DNA of 64,000 nucleotides from a bacterium. Its GTDB lineage: Bacteria > Patescibacteriota > Minisyncoccia > Phycocordibacterales > UBA9973. Made by a program: the position numbers and the translations under genes. The notes under the pieces were generated by a model. It worked only from the letters and a program-made list of their open reading frames with translations. It was not told the DNA's origin and ran no database searches. Of this stretch, positions 1 through 10,184 are shown one piece after another (within the stretch, counting starts at the first letter, position 1; every line of letters begins with the position of its first letter). Location of the stretch: positions 144,892 through 208,891 of the forward strand of contig JBAWZD010000001.1 in the NCBI GenBank assembly GCA_037143195.1, written 5' to 3'.

Positions 1-1
1 G

Positions 2-3000
2 CTTGCAATCGTTTCTTCATTTTTTTTCTACACTTCTCATACAACTCACGCCGATACCGCAACATACACTGTTACAACGCTCGCTGATAACGTAGACGAT
101 AGTACGTGTACTCTGAGCTCGTGTACGCTTCGTGAAGCCGCGAATGCTGCAAGTGCAACTGCCGGTGCGACAATCAATTTTGCTTCTGATGTCACGGGTA
201 CGATTACGGTGAATGACTCACTTGGTTCAATCACGATACCAAATAGTTTGAGCATCGTTGGTCCGGGGGCGAGCAAGCTCACCATTTCGGGCAACGACCT
301 CATTCAAGTCATTGTGATTGCTTCAGCAGACATAACTGCGACGATTAGTGGTGTGACTATTGCGCATGGTCAGTCTCAAGGAGGTTCGGCAATCAATAGC
401 TCTGGAATACTGACAGTCCACGACGTGACGTTCAAGAACAACAACGGTGGAGCTGGCGCAACTATTTCAAGTAGTGGCCCGAGTCTTACTGTGACAAACT
501 GTCTTTTTGTGGGGAATACCGCAGGTGATGGTGGAGGTATCATCGCAAGTACTGGAACAATCTCAGTCACTGGTTCAGAGTTTCTTGGAAACACGGCAAG
601 TGATGCGGGTGGGGCGATTTACGCTACCGGAGATGCCTCGCTCACAGTCACTGACTCTACGTTTGACGGCAATAGTACAGCTGGCAACGGAGGTGCGATC
701 GACAATGAGTCATCGAATATCTTGACGCTCGTTCGCGATACGTTCCGATCCAACATGTCGCCAAACGGAAATGGAGGAGCGGTATACAGCGTGAGTAATG
801 TTCAAACAACCGATGGTTCATTTTCGAACAACAACTCAAATGGCTCCGGAGGTGCTATCGCAACAAATGGAAGTAGTGTGTCGACAGATGGTACAGACTT
901 CACCTCGAACGTTGCATCAAATGATAACGGAGGTGCCATCTATGTGAATGGAAGTGGTCTTGGTCTCGGCAGTAGTATTATTGGTGGAACATTCTCTGGC
1001 AATCTTTCACATGGATGTAACGGAGGAGCTATCTATGGTACTGCTACCTCGGCATTCAGTATTTCAAATGCGAGATTTATGAGGAATATGGCCGTGTGTG
1101 CGGGAGGGGCACTCTTCATCGCAGACAATAGTACGATTTCAGGCAGTACATTCGAAGGCAACCGAGCGTCCACAAACGGAGGTGCGATTAAGTACAGTAA
1201 CGGCACAACGCACACAATCGAAAGTAGTTCGTTTACAAATAACACGGCTGATTCGAACGGTGGAGCTATTTTCCAAGCCTCTGGTTCGCTCAGTGTTTCT
1301 GTAAACACGACATTCACTGGTAATTCGATTGGAATGCATACAGGTGGAACAGGTGGAGCTATCGACGCTGAAGGAGGAAGTTTGTCTCTTGCAGAAACAA
1401 CATTTTCTGACAACCACGCCAACCTTTACGGATGCGGTGGGGCGGTGAGTACGTATTCAGATACAACCATTCACGATAGTACGTTTACGAATAACCATGG
1501 TCTCGCTGGTGGAGCAATGTGTATATTCAACGGACGCACGGTGACCATTGATGACTCAAGCTTCACTCGAAACATGGCAAACGATGATGCGGGAGGTGCT
1601 ATTTATCACGATGGCGGAGATCTTACGATTCAAAATTCAATCTTTAACGAAAACCAAGTAAATGATGGGAATCAAGGAGGCGCAATTTTGGCCGGAGGTA
1701 ATTCTCTGACGATTAGCGGTACTGCATTTACGCACAATGCTTCTCGAGGAAACGCTGGTGGAGCGATTTACTCATCCGAGCAGATGATTTCCATCGCACA
1801 ATCTTCGTTTGTCGGCAACACTGCATTTGGTGGAAACGGAGGAGCATTGTTCTTGACTGGAGCGACATCCGCGTCAGTGAGCGACACAACATTTTCTCAA
1901 AACTCAGCTACTAATGGTGGAGCCGTTTCGACGGGAGTCAGTGTTGGATTCACAAATACAACATTCGATAACAACAGTGCGATACTCACTGCTGGAAGTG
2001 TTTATGTAGTAGGTGGTACTGTCTCCGCGCAAAGTTCAATCTTCTCACGAGGACTTCCAACAAACTGTAATGCAGCCCTCCATACGAGTGGGCACAATAT
2101 CGAAACAGGCACGGACTGTGGACTGCTCGACGCCTCAGACAAGCAATCGACGAGTCCTCATCTTGATCCAGAAGGTCCAAAAATTTCAACGACTGGACCG
2201 ACGCTCGGAGGACTGCACTATTTGTATACGGTAGCGCTTACATCGAGCTCTACGGATGCTATCGATGCTGGTGCGAGTTGTAGTAGTGCGGACGAGCGTG
2301 GGGTAGCGCGTATCGGTACGTGTGATATCGGAGCGTACGAATATGATGCAAGCAACCCACAATCGATTGCAACTCCAATCGTTTACAATACACCGACAAT
2401 CATTGTGACTCGTTTTGACGATCCTGTCGGAGGAACGTGTGTTTCTGGTACGGATTGTTCTCTTCGTCAGGCTGTCGCGTTTGCAACAAGCGGAGAGACG
2501 ATTGGTTTTGATTCATCACACCTTGGAACATTCACACTCACATCTCCGATTGTTGTCGACAAAACAATTCAGATTTCTGGGTTAGGCGAAAATCTGACTA
2601 CGCTATCTGGCGGTGGAAATTCTCAAATTTTCTCAGTCACTTCAGACGGCAATCTTTCGCTTAATAATCTGACCATCGCAGATGGTAATGGTGGATCAGG
2701 TGATGCTGGCGCGATCGACGTTGTCGGTCCAATTACGACAGACTTCGTTACTTTCCGAAACAACATAGCTCCAAACGGAGAAGGAGGAGCTGTGTATGGT
2801 GAATGTGACGTCGTCGGCAGAACTATTGCTTTCACAAACACGATGTTCGAGGGCAACTTCGCGCTTACTGGTGGAGCGGTATACAACTGTGGCACAACTT
2901 CTGATTTGAACATGCTCACGACCGCGAACGATATTTTTGTAAACAACTACGCTTCAACCGGAAGTGGAGGTGCTATCTACACAATGAATAGTTCACTTGG

Positions 3001-5338
3001 TGTTACGAGTTCGTTGCTGATTAGTAACTCATCAGGCAACGAAGGAGGAGCTGTATATGTTACTGCGACGAGTGTTGAACCAGTGATTACCGTTTCCAAT
3101 TCAGAATTGATAAACAACTGGTCGTACAACGGTGGAGGAGGTCTCTCAAATGGATTGAGTGCTCTCGTACACATACATCTTACCGGAGGTACAATCTTTC
3201 GAGGTAATGTTGCTGAACATAATCCAGGTGGAGCATTCAATTTGAATAGCGCCTATCTTGATGAAATTTCAAATGTCACTTTTACTGGCAATCAGTCGTC
3301 AACAAGTTATGGAGGTGCGGCGAGTTTGTTCGGCTTGCTTAACACAGCTGTTGTGTTTGATGCTGTGCACTTCGATAGTAATTTTTCATCAAGTGTTGGA
3401 GGTGGGCTTCTCATTTATACAAGTGCGAACGTCACCATGCAAAACGGAACTGAATTTACTGGCAACAACTCTGGCAATAACACACCGGCTGGTGCAGCGT
3501 ATATTCATGCGAATAGTCTTGCGATCGCGAATGCTGAGTTTACTTACAATACATCGTGGGGAGAATCTGGCGGAGCACTATTTGTCGATAATACGCCCTA
3601 TACGATTGATCAGAGTACATTTACGGGAAATAAATCAGTCAATGGAAATGGTGGAGTTTTGTATGCATCAAATAATGGGGATGCGGAGAGTGGGACAATC
3701 ACGCGGTCTATCTTTGACGGGAATATGACTGTTGGAGGAACGGGAGGTGCGATTATGGTTACACGAGGTTCAGGTTCGACTACGGTGACAGACTCAACGT
3801 TCCTCAACAACTACACATACGATGGTGGCGATGGGGCGATTCATAGCGAAGGAACAGGACTTACAGTTGCTGGCTCTTCATTCCTTGGAAATGGAGCATA
3901 TGATGTAGCTGTCGGAGCTGTTGGGCACTATGCAGGCAATCTTTCAATCTCGGGAACAACATTCGCATATAATAGTACCGTTGGGTATGCCGGTGCTGTC
4001 TATGATCAATCAAACGGAACAAGCACAGTAAAGAATTCGACATTCTACCGCAACTTTGCACCAGTCGACGAAGCTGGAGGATATTATCACGATGGAAGTT
4101 CGGCGCTCACAATCAACAACACGACATTCGCAGAAAACGTATCAAACTCTGAGGGTGGTAGTGGATTGTTTACCTACGCTCCGACCGTCGTAACAAACTC
4201 AATCTTCGCAGGTTCTCCGCTTGCATCATGTCACGACACTGGAAGTCATATTGATGCGGTGAATTCGATGTATAACGTCGATGATGCGAGTGGGTGTTTT
4301 GACGCAGAAAATCATAATCAAAATAATGTAAATGGAGCAACTGTCTTCTCGAGTAGTGGTCTTGCTGCGAACGGCGGAAATACACTAACACTCGCGCTTG
4401 CGATGCATTCACCTGCAATCGACGCCGGAAGCGACACGACATGTGAGACGACTGACCAGACAGGCCGAACACGTGCAGGCAATGGCGTAGCCTGTGATGC
4501 AGGAGCTGTCGAGTCTCATTACGATGTTGTGACAGAGACACCAACACTTGCGAGCCCTACGAACGGTGCATCATACGCACGCACCGATTCAATTTCCGTT
4601 TCGTTTAATCTCCCTGAAACACCATATGCAAATAGTATCGTCCTCACATTCGCTCCATCGAGTGGAGATCCAATTGTGATTCATCTTCGTGACGCGGAAC
4701 CAAATCGCTTGAATACATTTTCTCTTCCGATTAGTAGTGGAATTACGACTGGTGTTACAGAAGTCGTGTCTGCAACTGCTGACAGTATTCCTGCGGGAAC
4801 ATACACAGTAACGCTGTCGTACCGCGATGCAAACAATAATCCTCAGGCTTCGGCAAGTGCAACTGGTGTTGTTGTCGCTGGCGCAGTCACACACGGCGGT
4901 GGTGGCGGAGGAGGCGGAGGAATTCTTCTTACAAACAAGACTGATACAACGCAGACGATCACTCCACCTGTCGCGCAGGTAGTGACTCCCGTCAAACAAG
5001 TTGTCGCAGAGAAAACTGTCGTTGCGACTGGGCTTCCTGCAGGATTCCAATTCACCAAAAATCTCAAACCGCAGATGAGCAATAAAGATATCGTGATGTT
5101 GCAGATTTTCTTGAACGCAAACGGCTTCACTGTTACAAAAAATGGTCAGGGATCAAAAGGCAATGAGAGTCCATACTTCGGAGCAAAGACCAAGCTCGCG
5201 CTCATCAAATTCCAAGAAGCATATGCCAAAGATATCCTTGTCCCACAAGGATTGACCAAGGGTACGGGCAATCTCGGAACGTTCACTCGCAAGGTATTGA
5301 ATGCGTGGATCGCCGGGGCACAGAAAGCGACACAATAA
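2..5338 (+). CDS. Giant cell-surface protein (5'-partial): two CSLREA / Pmp-like GGAI-repeat beta-helix / choice-of-anchor Q modules plus a C-terminal peptidoglycan-binding domain
   Basis: Frame is open from nt 2 (LAIVSSFFFYTSHTTHADTATYTVTTLADNVDDSTCTLSSCTLREAAN), so the start lies upstream of the window. Many GGAI/FxxN repeats, a second DCSLRQA, CDIGAYE and CDAGAVE motifs, a poly-Gly linker, and LQIFLN..YFGAKTKLALIKFQE at the C-terminus. Confidence 0.85.
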   Translation, partial: LAIVSSFFFYTSHTTHADTATYTVTTLADNVDDSTCTLSSCTLREAANAASATAGATINFASDVTGTITVNDSLGSITIPNSLSIVGPGASKLTISGNDLIQVIVIASADITATISGVTIAHGQSQGGSAINSSGILTVHDVTFKNNNGGAGATISSSGPSLTVTNCLFVGNTAGDGGGIIASTGTISVTGSEFLGNTASDAGGAIYATGDASLTVTDSTFDGNSTAGNGGAIDNESSNILTLVRDTFRSNMSPNGNGGAVYSVSNVQTTDGSFSNNNSNGSGGAIATNGSSVSTDGTDFTSNVASNDNGGAIYVNGSGLGLGSSIIGGTFSGNLSHGCNGGAIYGTATSAFSISNARFMRNMAVCAGGALFIADNSTISGSTFEGNRASTNGGAIKYSNGTTHTIESSSFTNNTADSNGGAIFQASGSLSVSVNTTFTGNSIGMHTGGTGGAIDAEGGSLSLAETTFSDNHANLYGCGGAVSTYSDTTIHDSTFTNNHGLAGGAMCIFNGRTVTIDDSSFTRNMANDDAGGAIYHDGGDLTIQNSIFNENQVNDGNQGGAILAGGNSLTISGTAFTHNASRGNAGGAIYSSEQMISIAQSSFVGNTAFGGNGGALFLTGATSASVSDTTFSQNSATNGGAVSTGVSVGFTNTTFDNNSAILTAGSVYVVGGTVSAQSSIFSRGLPTNCNAALHTSGHNIETGTDCGLLDASDKQSTSPHLDPEGPKISTTGPTLGGLHYLYTVALTSSSTDAIDAGASCSSADERGVARIGTCDIGAYEYDASNPQSIATPIVYNTPTIIVTRFDDPVGGTCVSGTDCSLRQAVAFATSGETIGFDSSHLGTFTLTSPIVVDKTIQISGLGENLTTLSGGGNSQIFSVTSDGNLSLNNLTIADGNGGSGDAGAIDVVGPITTDFVTFRNNIAPNGEGGAVYGECDVVGRTIAFTNTMFEGNFALTGGAVYNCGTTSDLNMLTTANDIFVNNYASTGSGGAIYTMNSSLGVTSSLLISNSSGNEGGAVYVTATSVEPVITVSNSELINNWSYNGGGGLSNGLSALVHIHLTGGTIFRGNVAEHNPGGAFNLNSAYLDEISNVTFTGNQSSTSYGGAASLFGLLNTAVVFDAVHFDSNFSSSVGGGLLIYTSANVTMQNGTEFTGNNSGNNTPAGAAYIHANSLAIANAEFTYNTSWGESGGALFVDNTPYTIDQSTFTGNKSVNGNGGVLYASNNGDAESGTITRSIFDGNMTVGGTGGAIMVTRGSGSTTVTDSTFLNNYTYDGGDGAIHSEGTGLTVAGSSFLGNGAYDVAVGAVGHYAGNLSISGTTFAYNSTVGYAGAVYDQSNGTSTVKNSTFYRNFAPVDEAGGYYHDGSSALTINNTTFAENVSNSEGGSGLFTYAPTVVTNSIFAGSPLASCHDTGSHIDAVNSMYNVDDASGCFDAENHNQNNVNGATVFSSSGLAANGGNTLTLALAMHSPAIDAGSDTTCETTDQTGRTRAGNGVACDAGAVESHYDVVTETPTLASPTNGASYARTDSISVSFNLPETPYANSIVLTFAPSSGDPIVIHLRDAEPNRLNTFSLPISSGITTGVTEVVSATADSIPAGTYTVTLSYRDANNNPQASASATGVVVAGAVTHGGGGGGGGGILLTNKTDTTQTITPPVAQVVTPVKQVVAEKTVVATGLPAGFQFTKNLKPQMSNKDIVMLQIFLNANGFTVTKNGQGSKGNESPYFGAKTKLALIKFQEAYAKDILVPQGLTKGTGNLGTFTRKVLNAWIAGAQKATQ

Positions 5339-5361
5339 CAGCTTGTGGTATACTAGCTCCC

Positions 5362-6609
5362 GTGAAAAATGCATCAAATCATTATGATGTGATCGTCATC
5401 GGAGGCGGAGCCTCGGGGATGTTTGCAGCAGGACGCGCAGCCGAACTCGGCAAGCGCGTTTTGTTGCTTGAGAAAAACAAACAGCTCGGCGAGAAGCTCA
5501 AAATTTCTGGTGGTGGTCGTTGCAATATTACGAACGCGACTTACGACACACGAGCACTGCTCGCAAATTATGGCGACGCATCTCCGTTCCTCTTTTCGCC
5601 ATTTTCCAAATTTGGAGTCAAAGATACATTTACGTTTTTTGAGTCGCGTGGATTGCCACTCGTCGTTCAAGCACGCAACCGCGCGTTTCCGTCGACTGAA
5701 AAATCTGTCGACGTCATTCGCACACTCGACGGATATCTGCGAAAGGGAAATGTCGAAATCAAATCGGGCATCACAGTCAAGCGTCTCACGAAGCATGATG
5801 GTCTTGTATCTGGCGTGGAGACTCCAGCTGGAGTATTTACCGCAGAGACATATGTGCTCGCGACAGGTGGCGTCTCGCATCCGGAAACTGGTTCCACTGG
5901 TGATGGATTCAAATGGCTCGCCGACCTCGGGCATACGATCAAACAGCCGACGCCGACCATCGTGCCACTCGCAGTTGCAGAAGAGTGGGTCCACATGCTC
6001 TCCGGTGTGTCGCTCTCGTTTATGAAAATTACATTCTTTCTTGAGGACAAAAAACAATTTTCGAAAACGGGCAAAATTTTGTTTACCCATTTTGGACTTT
6101 CGGGTCCGCTCATTTTGAATTCGGCGGGCAAGGTGGGGGATTTGTTGCAGGAAGGGCGCGTGAGCGCCCGTATCGACGCGTATCCAGATACGGAAATCGG
6201 TGCGCTTGATGCACAGATCACAAAACATTTTGATGCAAACAAAAACAAAATGCTCAAAAATATTTTGAAAGAAATCGTCCCCGAAGGTATGGCCCCAGGT
6301 ATCGCGCAATTGCTCACCGCAATCAATCTTGATACCAAAGTGCACAGTATTACAAAAGCTGAGCGTCGCATCATCGTCGATACGTTAAAAGCGCTTCCCG
6401 TCACCATCACCAATCTCATGGGATACGACAGAGCCGTCGTCGCCGACGGAGGCTTGTCGCTGAGTGAGATAGATACCAAAACGATGCGCTCGAAAATAAC
6501 ACCAAACCTCGCCGTCACCGGCGACCTACTCCACATCAATCGCCCAAGTGGTGGCTACTCACTCCAACTCTGCTGGACCAGTGGCTGGGTCGCAGGCTCA
6601 AACGCGTAA
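5362..6609 (+). CDS. HI0933/BaiN-family flavoprotein (NAD(P)/FAD-dependent oxidoreductase)
   Basis: IGGGASG Rossmann motif, ISGGGRCNITN, ATGG..GSTGDG, LFTHFGLSGP, GGYSLQ. GTG start lies 7 nt after TATACT. Confidence 0.9.
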   Translation: MKNASNHYDVIVIGGGASGMFAAGRAAELGKRVLLLEKNKQLGEKLKISGGGRCNITNATYDTRALLANYGDASPFLFSPFSKFGVKDTFTFFESRGLPLVVQARNRAFPSTEKSVDVIRTLDGYLRKGNVEIKSGITVKRLTKHDGLVSGVETPAGVFTAETYVLATGGVSHPETGSTGDGFKWLADLGHTIKQPTPTIVPLAVAEEWVHMLSGVSLSFMKITFFLEDKKQFSKTGKILFTHFGLSGPLILNSAGKVGDLLQEGRVSARIDAYPDTEIGALDAQITKHFDANKNKMLKNILKEIVPEGMAPGIAQLLTAINLDTKVHSITKAERRIIVDTLKALPVTITNLMGYDRAVVADGGLSLSEIDTKTMRSKITPNLAVTGDLLHINRPSGGYSLQLCWTSGWVAGSNA

Positions 6610-6620
6610 GCGGTATTGTG

Positions 6621-6649
6621 TTGACACCCAAATGCATATTTGCTACATT
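6621..6649 (+). promoter_or_regulatory. Sigma70-type promoter for the Val leader peptide
   Basis: TTGACA-N17-TACATT with extended -10 TG; ATG follows 6 nt downstream. Confidence 0.75.
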
Positions 6650-6655
6650 CAGTTT

Positions 6656-6730
6656 ATGTTCGCAACAAAGAACACAACAGCAGTCGTCGTGGTCGTCACC
6701 TTTCATCGAGGGGGCCATTTTGTTGCATAA
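6656..6730 (+). CDS. Valine-rich attenuator leader peptide MFATKNTTAVVVVVTFHRGGHFVA
   Basis: Five tandem Val codons at 6683-6697; the 3' part of the ORF is complementary to the 5' arm of the downstream terminator. Confidence 0.75.
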   Translation: MFATKNTTAVVVVVTFHRGGHFVA

Positions 6731-6752
6731 GAACGATTACACACAAACAACA

Positions 6753-6786
6753 AAAAGAACGGCCCCCGAAAGGGGGCCGTTCTTTT
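6753..6786 (+). terminator. Intrinsic terminator of the attenuator
   Basis: AAAAGAACGGCCCCC-GAAA-GGGGGCCGTTCTTTT perfect hairpin. Confidence 0.85.
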
Positions 6787-6971
6787 GCAACCACCCTTCG
6801 AGCCACCGTTTCCGGAGTGAGCACATCGCTCCCAAAACGGTGGTCCGAAAATGAGACCCGTAGTTGTGTCTCCGCTGGTGGCGGGGGTACAGAACGGAGC
6901 TGGAGAGCTTCTAAAACAAATCACTCCGGACCATAAAAATAGTTATTTAAAAATTAAATAGGGAACAAATC

Positions 6972-8795
6972 ATGAAAGATAAACTAATAGTAAACGATAT
7001 CAGGGAATTAGCTGATAAGTTGGGGTGGCATCATTTTCAGTTAGAAGTAGTGATTAATCATCCATTCAAACGAATCAAAGCAAGTACCATGTCTGATCTA
7101 TGGAAACAATTAGATAAGTATTGTCTTGGTTTTTCATACGATAAACATGGCAGGTATGGTTCAAATGAAACCGAAGAAGAGATTTTCAGCGAAATTCTTT
7201 GTTTTTTAAGAACCGCATTTGAGATGAGTCAGACACTTCAAGATTATGCTGAGGTCGCGATTTATTGCGATATTACTCATCACTTTTCGTACTTGCGTAG
7301 CCAAGCACTTGAAAAATGGAATCAGGTACTGCTGAACACTGAAAATTTGGTGCTTGCGTATCAAGAATTAAAGGGCTATGCCGATTCGTTGACGAAAATG
7401 TCTGATGATCTGTCTAGAAGAGTAAAACTTAGGGGTTATTATGGGATTGAACGTCTTAAAAAATGTTGTGAACTGTATCCGATGTTTCGAGTTTGCTTAT
7501 TTCAAAGCGAAGACACCGGTATAATCTATGTGTCACCTCTTTCGAGAAAAACGAAAGTTTTTGTAGGCGAAAGTATGGTTGATATTGAGCATGAGGCGAG
7601 CAGGAGGATTTACGCTGAAGTAGAGAAATTAGGCCTCAGTGAAGCTATTTGTTATCTTAGCAACTTAATCTCGAAGCCAGACACTCTCGGGTTCGATCGT
7701 CAGGTTAAACAAGACTGTATAAAAAAGGTTATGCAGAAGGTTGCAAGTTTTCAGGACGCATATACTGTATATAAAACATACAAAAACTATCAGGCGGAGG
7801 CGGCTGAATTGATGAACAAGTTTGCGTCATCGTTTGAGGACAAGTATGAGTGTCTTTCGTTAACAAAGTTCTGGAGTGAGGATTACGATAAAAAATATAA
7901 GGCTCTGTTATTTATTTGCGACGCAGAAAATCAAATTTTTTTGCTGTGGGGTGCTCATCTTGATCGAGTAAACTCACTTCTAGGTTCACAAACTTGGCAA
8001 CTAATACATCGTGTTGCAACTATTGCTTTCGTAACATTTCAAAGATTAGTTCAAGTAAATCCGCAGTACAAGAACACTCCGGCTGGCGATACGAGGATTA
8101 ATCAGTTCGAATCACAAATCGCTCAAAATTATTCTGGCAATAGTGATTCAATCGATCTCATTACGTTCTACAGAATTCGCTCTAGTACAATTTCGTTTAA
8201 ATTTCTGTACGAGTTGGCGAAAAAAAGAAACACGGCTAGCCTGATTTCATTTTGGAATGAAAAAACCATAGATGCGCTCGGTAGTGCAACAACCGAACAT
8301 GATTTCGAGCAGATATTCCTATTTGGTTATCTGGAAAATAATGATTGGGAGAGCTGTGCGAGTAAATGGATCGCGATAGCAGACAAATTAGATTCACTAA
8401 AAAAAATCGAAGCACAAATAGTGGAAAAAAAGTTGAGCGATAATTACAAAAAGTTTTTTCTAAAAAGACTGCTAGAACTCATTGAAAATCCAACGCTATC
8501 CAGTTTGGATATTCAAACGTATGCTTTCGAGGCATTCAAGAGAGCAAGTGACTCTAAACAAGAAAAATACTTACTCGAAAAAATCTATTCTACATTTACA
8601 ACTAAACAACAATTAAATTTCAGAATTATGGAAAATGAACAGACAGGTAATGACCAAGAAATTACCAACAAAGTAGAGGATACAGTTCCTCAGATACTGC
8701 CTCAGGAAAAAACTGAAAGTGTAACGGCTAAACCAGCTGAACACTGGTCACGAGCCGAGGACAATGCGGAAACGCATTATGAAACAAAACTCTAA
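6972..8795 (+). CDS. Hypothetical AT-rich protein, probably alpha-helical repeat
   Basis: 607-aa ORF, more AT-rich than its neighbours; recurring motifs such as ASFQD, ASSFED, ATTEHD. Confidence 0.7.
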   Translation: MKDKLIVNDIRELADKLGWHHFQLEVVINHPFKRIKASTMSDLWKQLDKYCLGFSYDKHGRYGSNETEEEIFSEILCFLRTAFEMSQTLQDYAEVAIYCDITHHFSYLRSQALEKWNQVLLNTENLVLAYQELKGYADSLTKMSDDLSRRVKLRGYYGIERLKKCCELYPMFRVCLFQSEDTGIIYVSPLSRKTKVFVGESMVDIEHEASRRIYAEVEKLGLSEAICYLSNLISKPDTLGFDRQVKQDCIKKVMQKVASFQDAYTVYKTYKNYQAEAAELMNKFASSFEDKYECLSLTKFWSEDYDKKYKALLFICDAENQIFLLWGAHLDRVNSLLGSQTWQLIHRVATIAFVTFQRLVQVNPQYKNTPAGDTRINQFESQIAQNYSGNSDSIDLITFYRIRSSTISFKFLYELAKKRNTASLISFWNEKTIDALGSATTEHDFEQIFLFGYLENNDWESCASKWIAIADKLDSLKKIEAQIVEKKLSDNYKKFFLKRLLELIENPTLSSLDIQTYAFEAFKRASDSKQEKYLLEKIYSTFTTKQQLNFRIMENEQTGNDQEITNKVEDTVPQILPQEKTESVTAKPAEHWSRAEDNAETHYETKL

Positions 8796-8831
8796 ATGCA
8801 TTAAAAGGCTCTAAAAAACGGAGTCTTTTAA

Positions 8832-10184
<1,353 letters not shown>

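Noticed and set aside
20-27. T8 tract in the signal-peptide coding region as a phase switch
   Set aside because: It is in frame, explained by Phe codons, and shows no sign of variation.
209-4500. GGAI-type repeats as a CRISPR array or DNA tandem repeat
   Set aside because: The repeats are degenerate, protein-level and in frame; there is no repeat-spacer pattern and no cas gene.
5374-6539. Long antisense ORFs, also at 10194-11207 and 59581-60288
   Set aside because: They are shadows of well-supported sense genes and carry no motifs.
6785-6800. AAGGGTGG on the minus strand as a T-box
   Set aside because: It lacks the GGTGGnACC consensus and a specifier stem.
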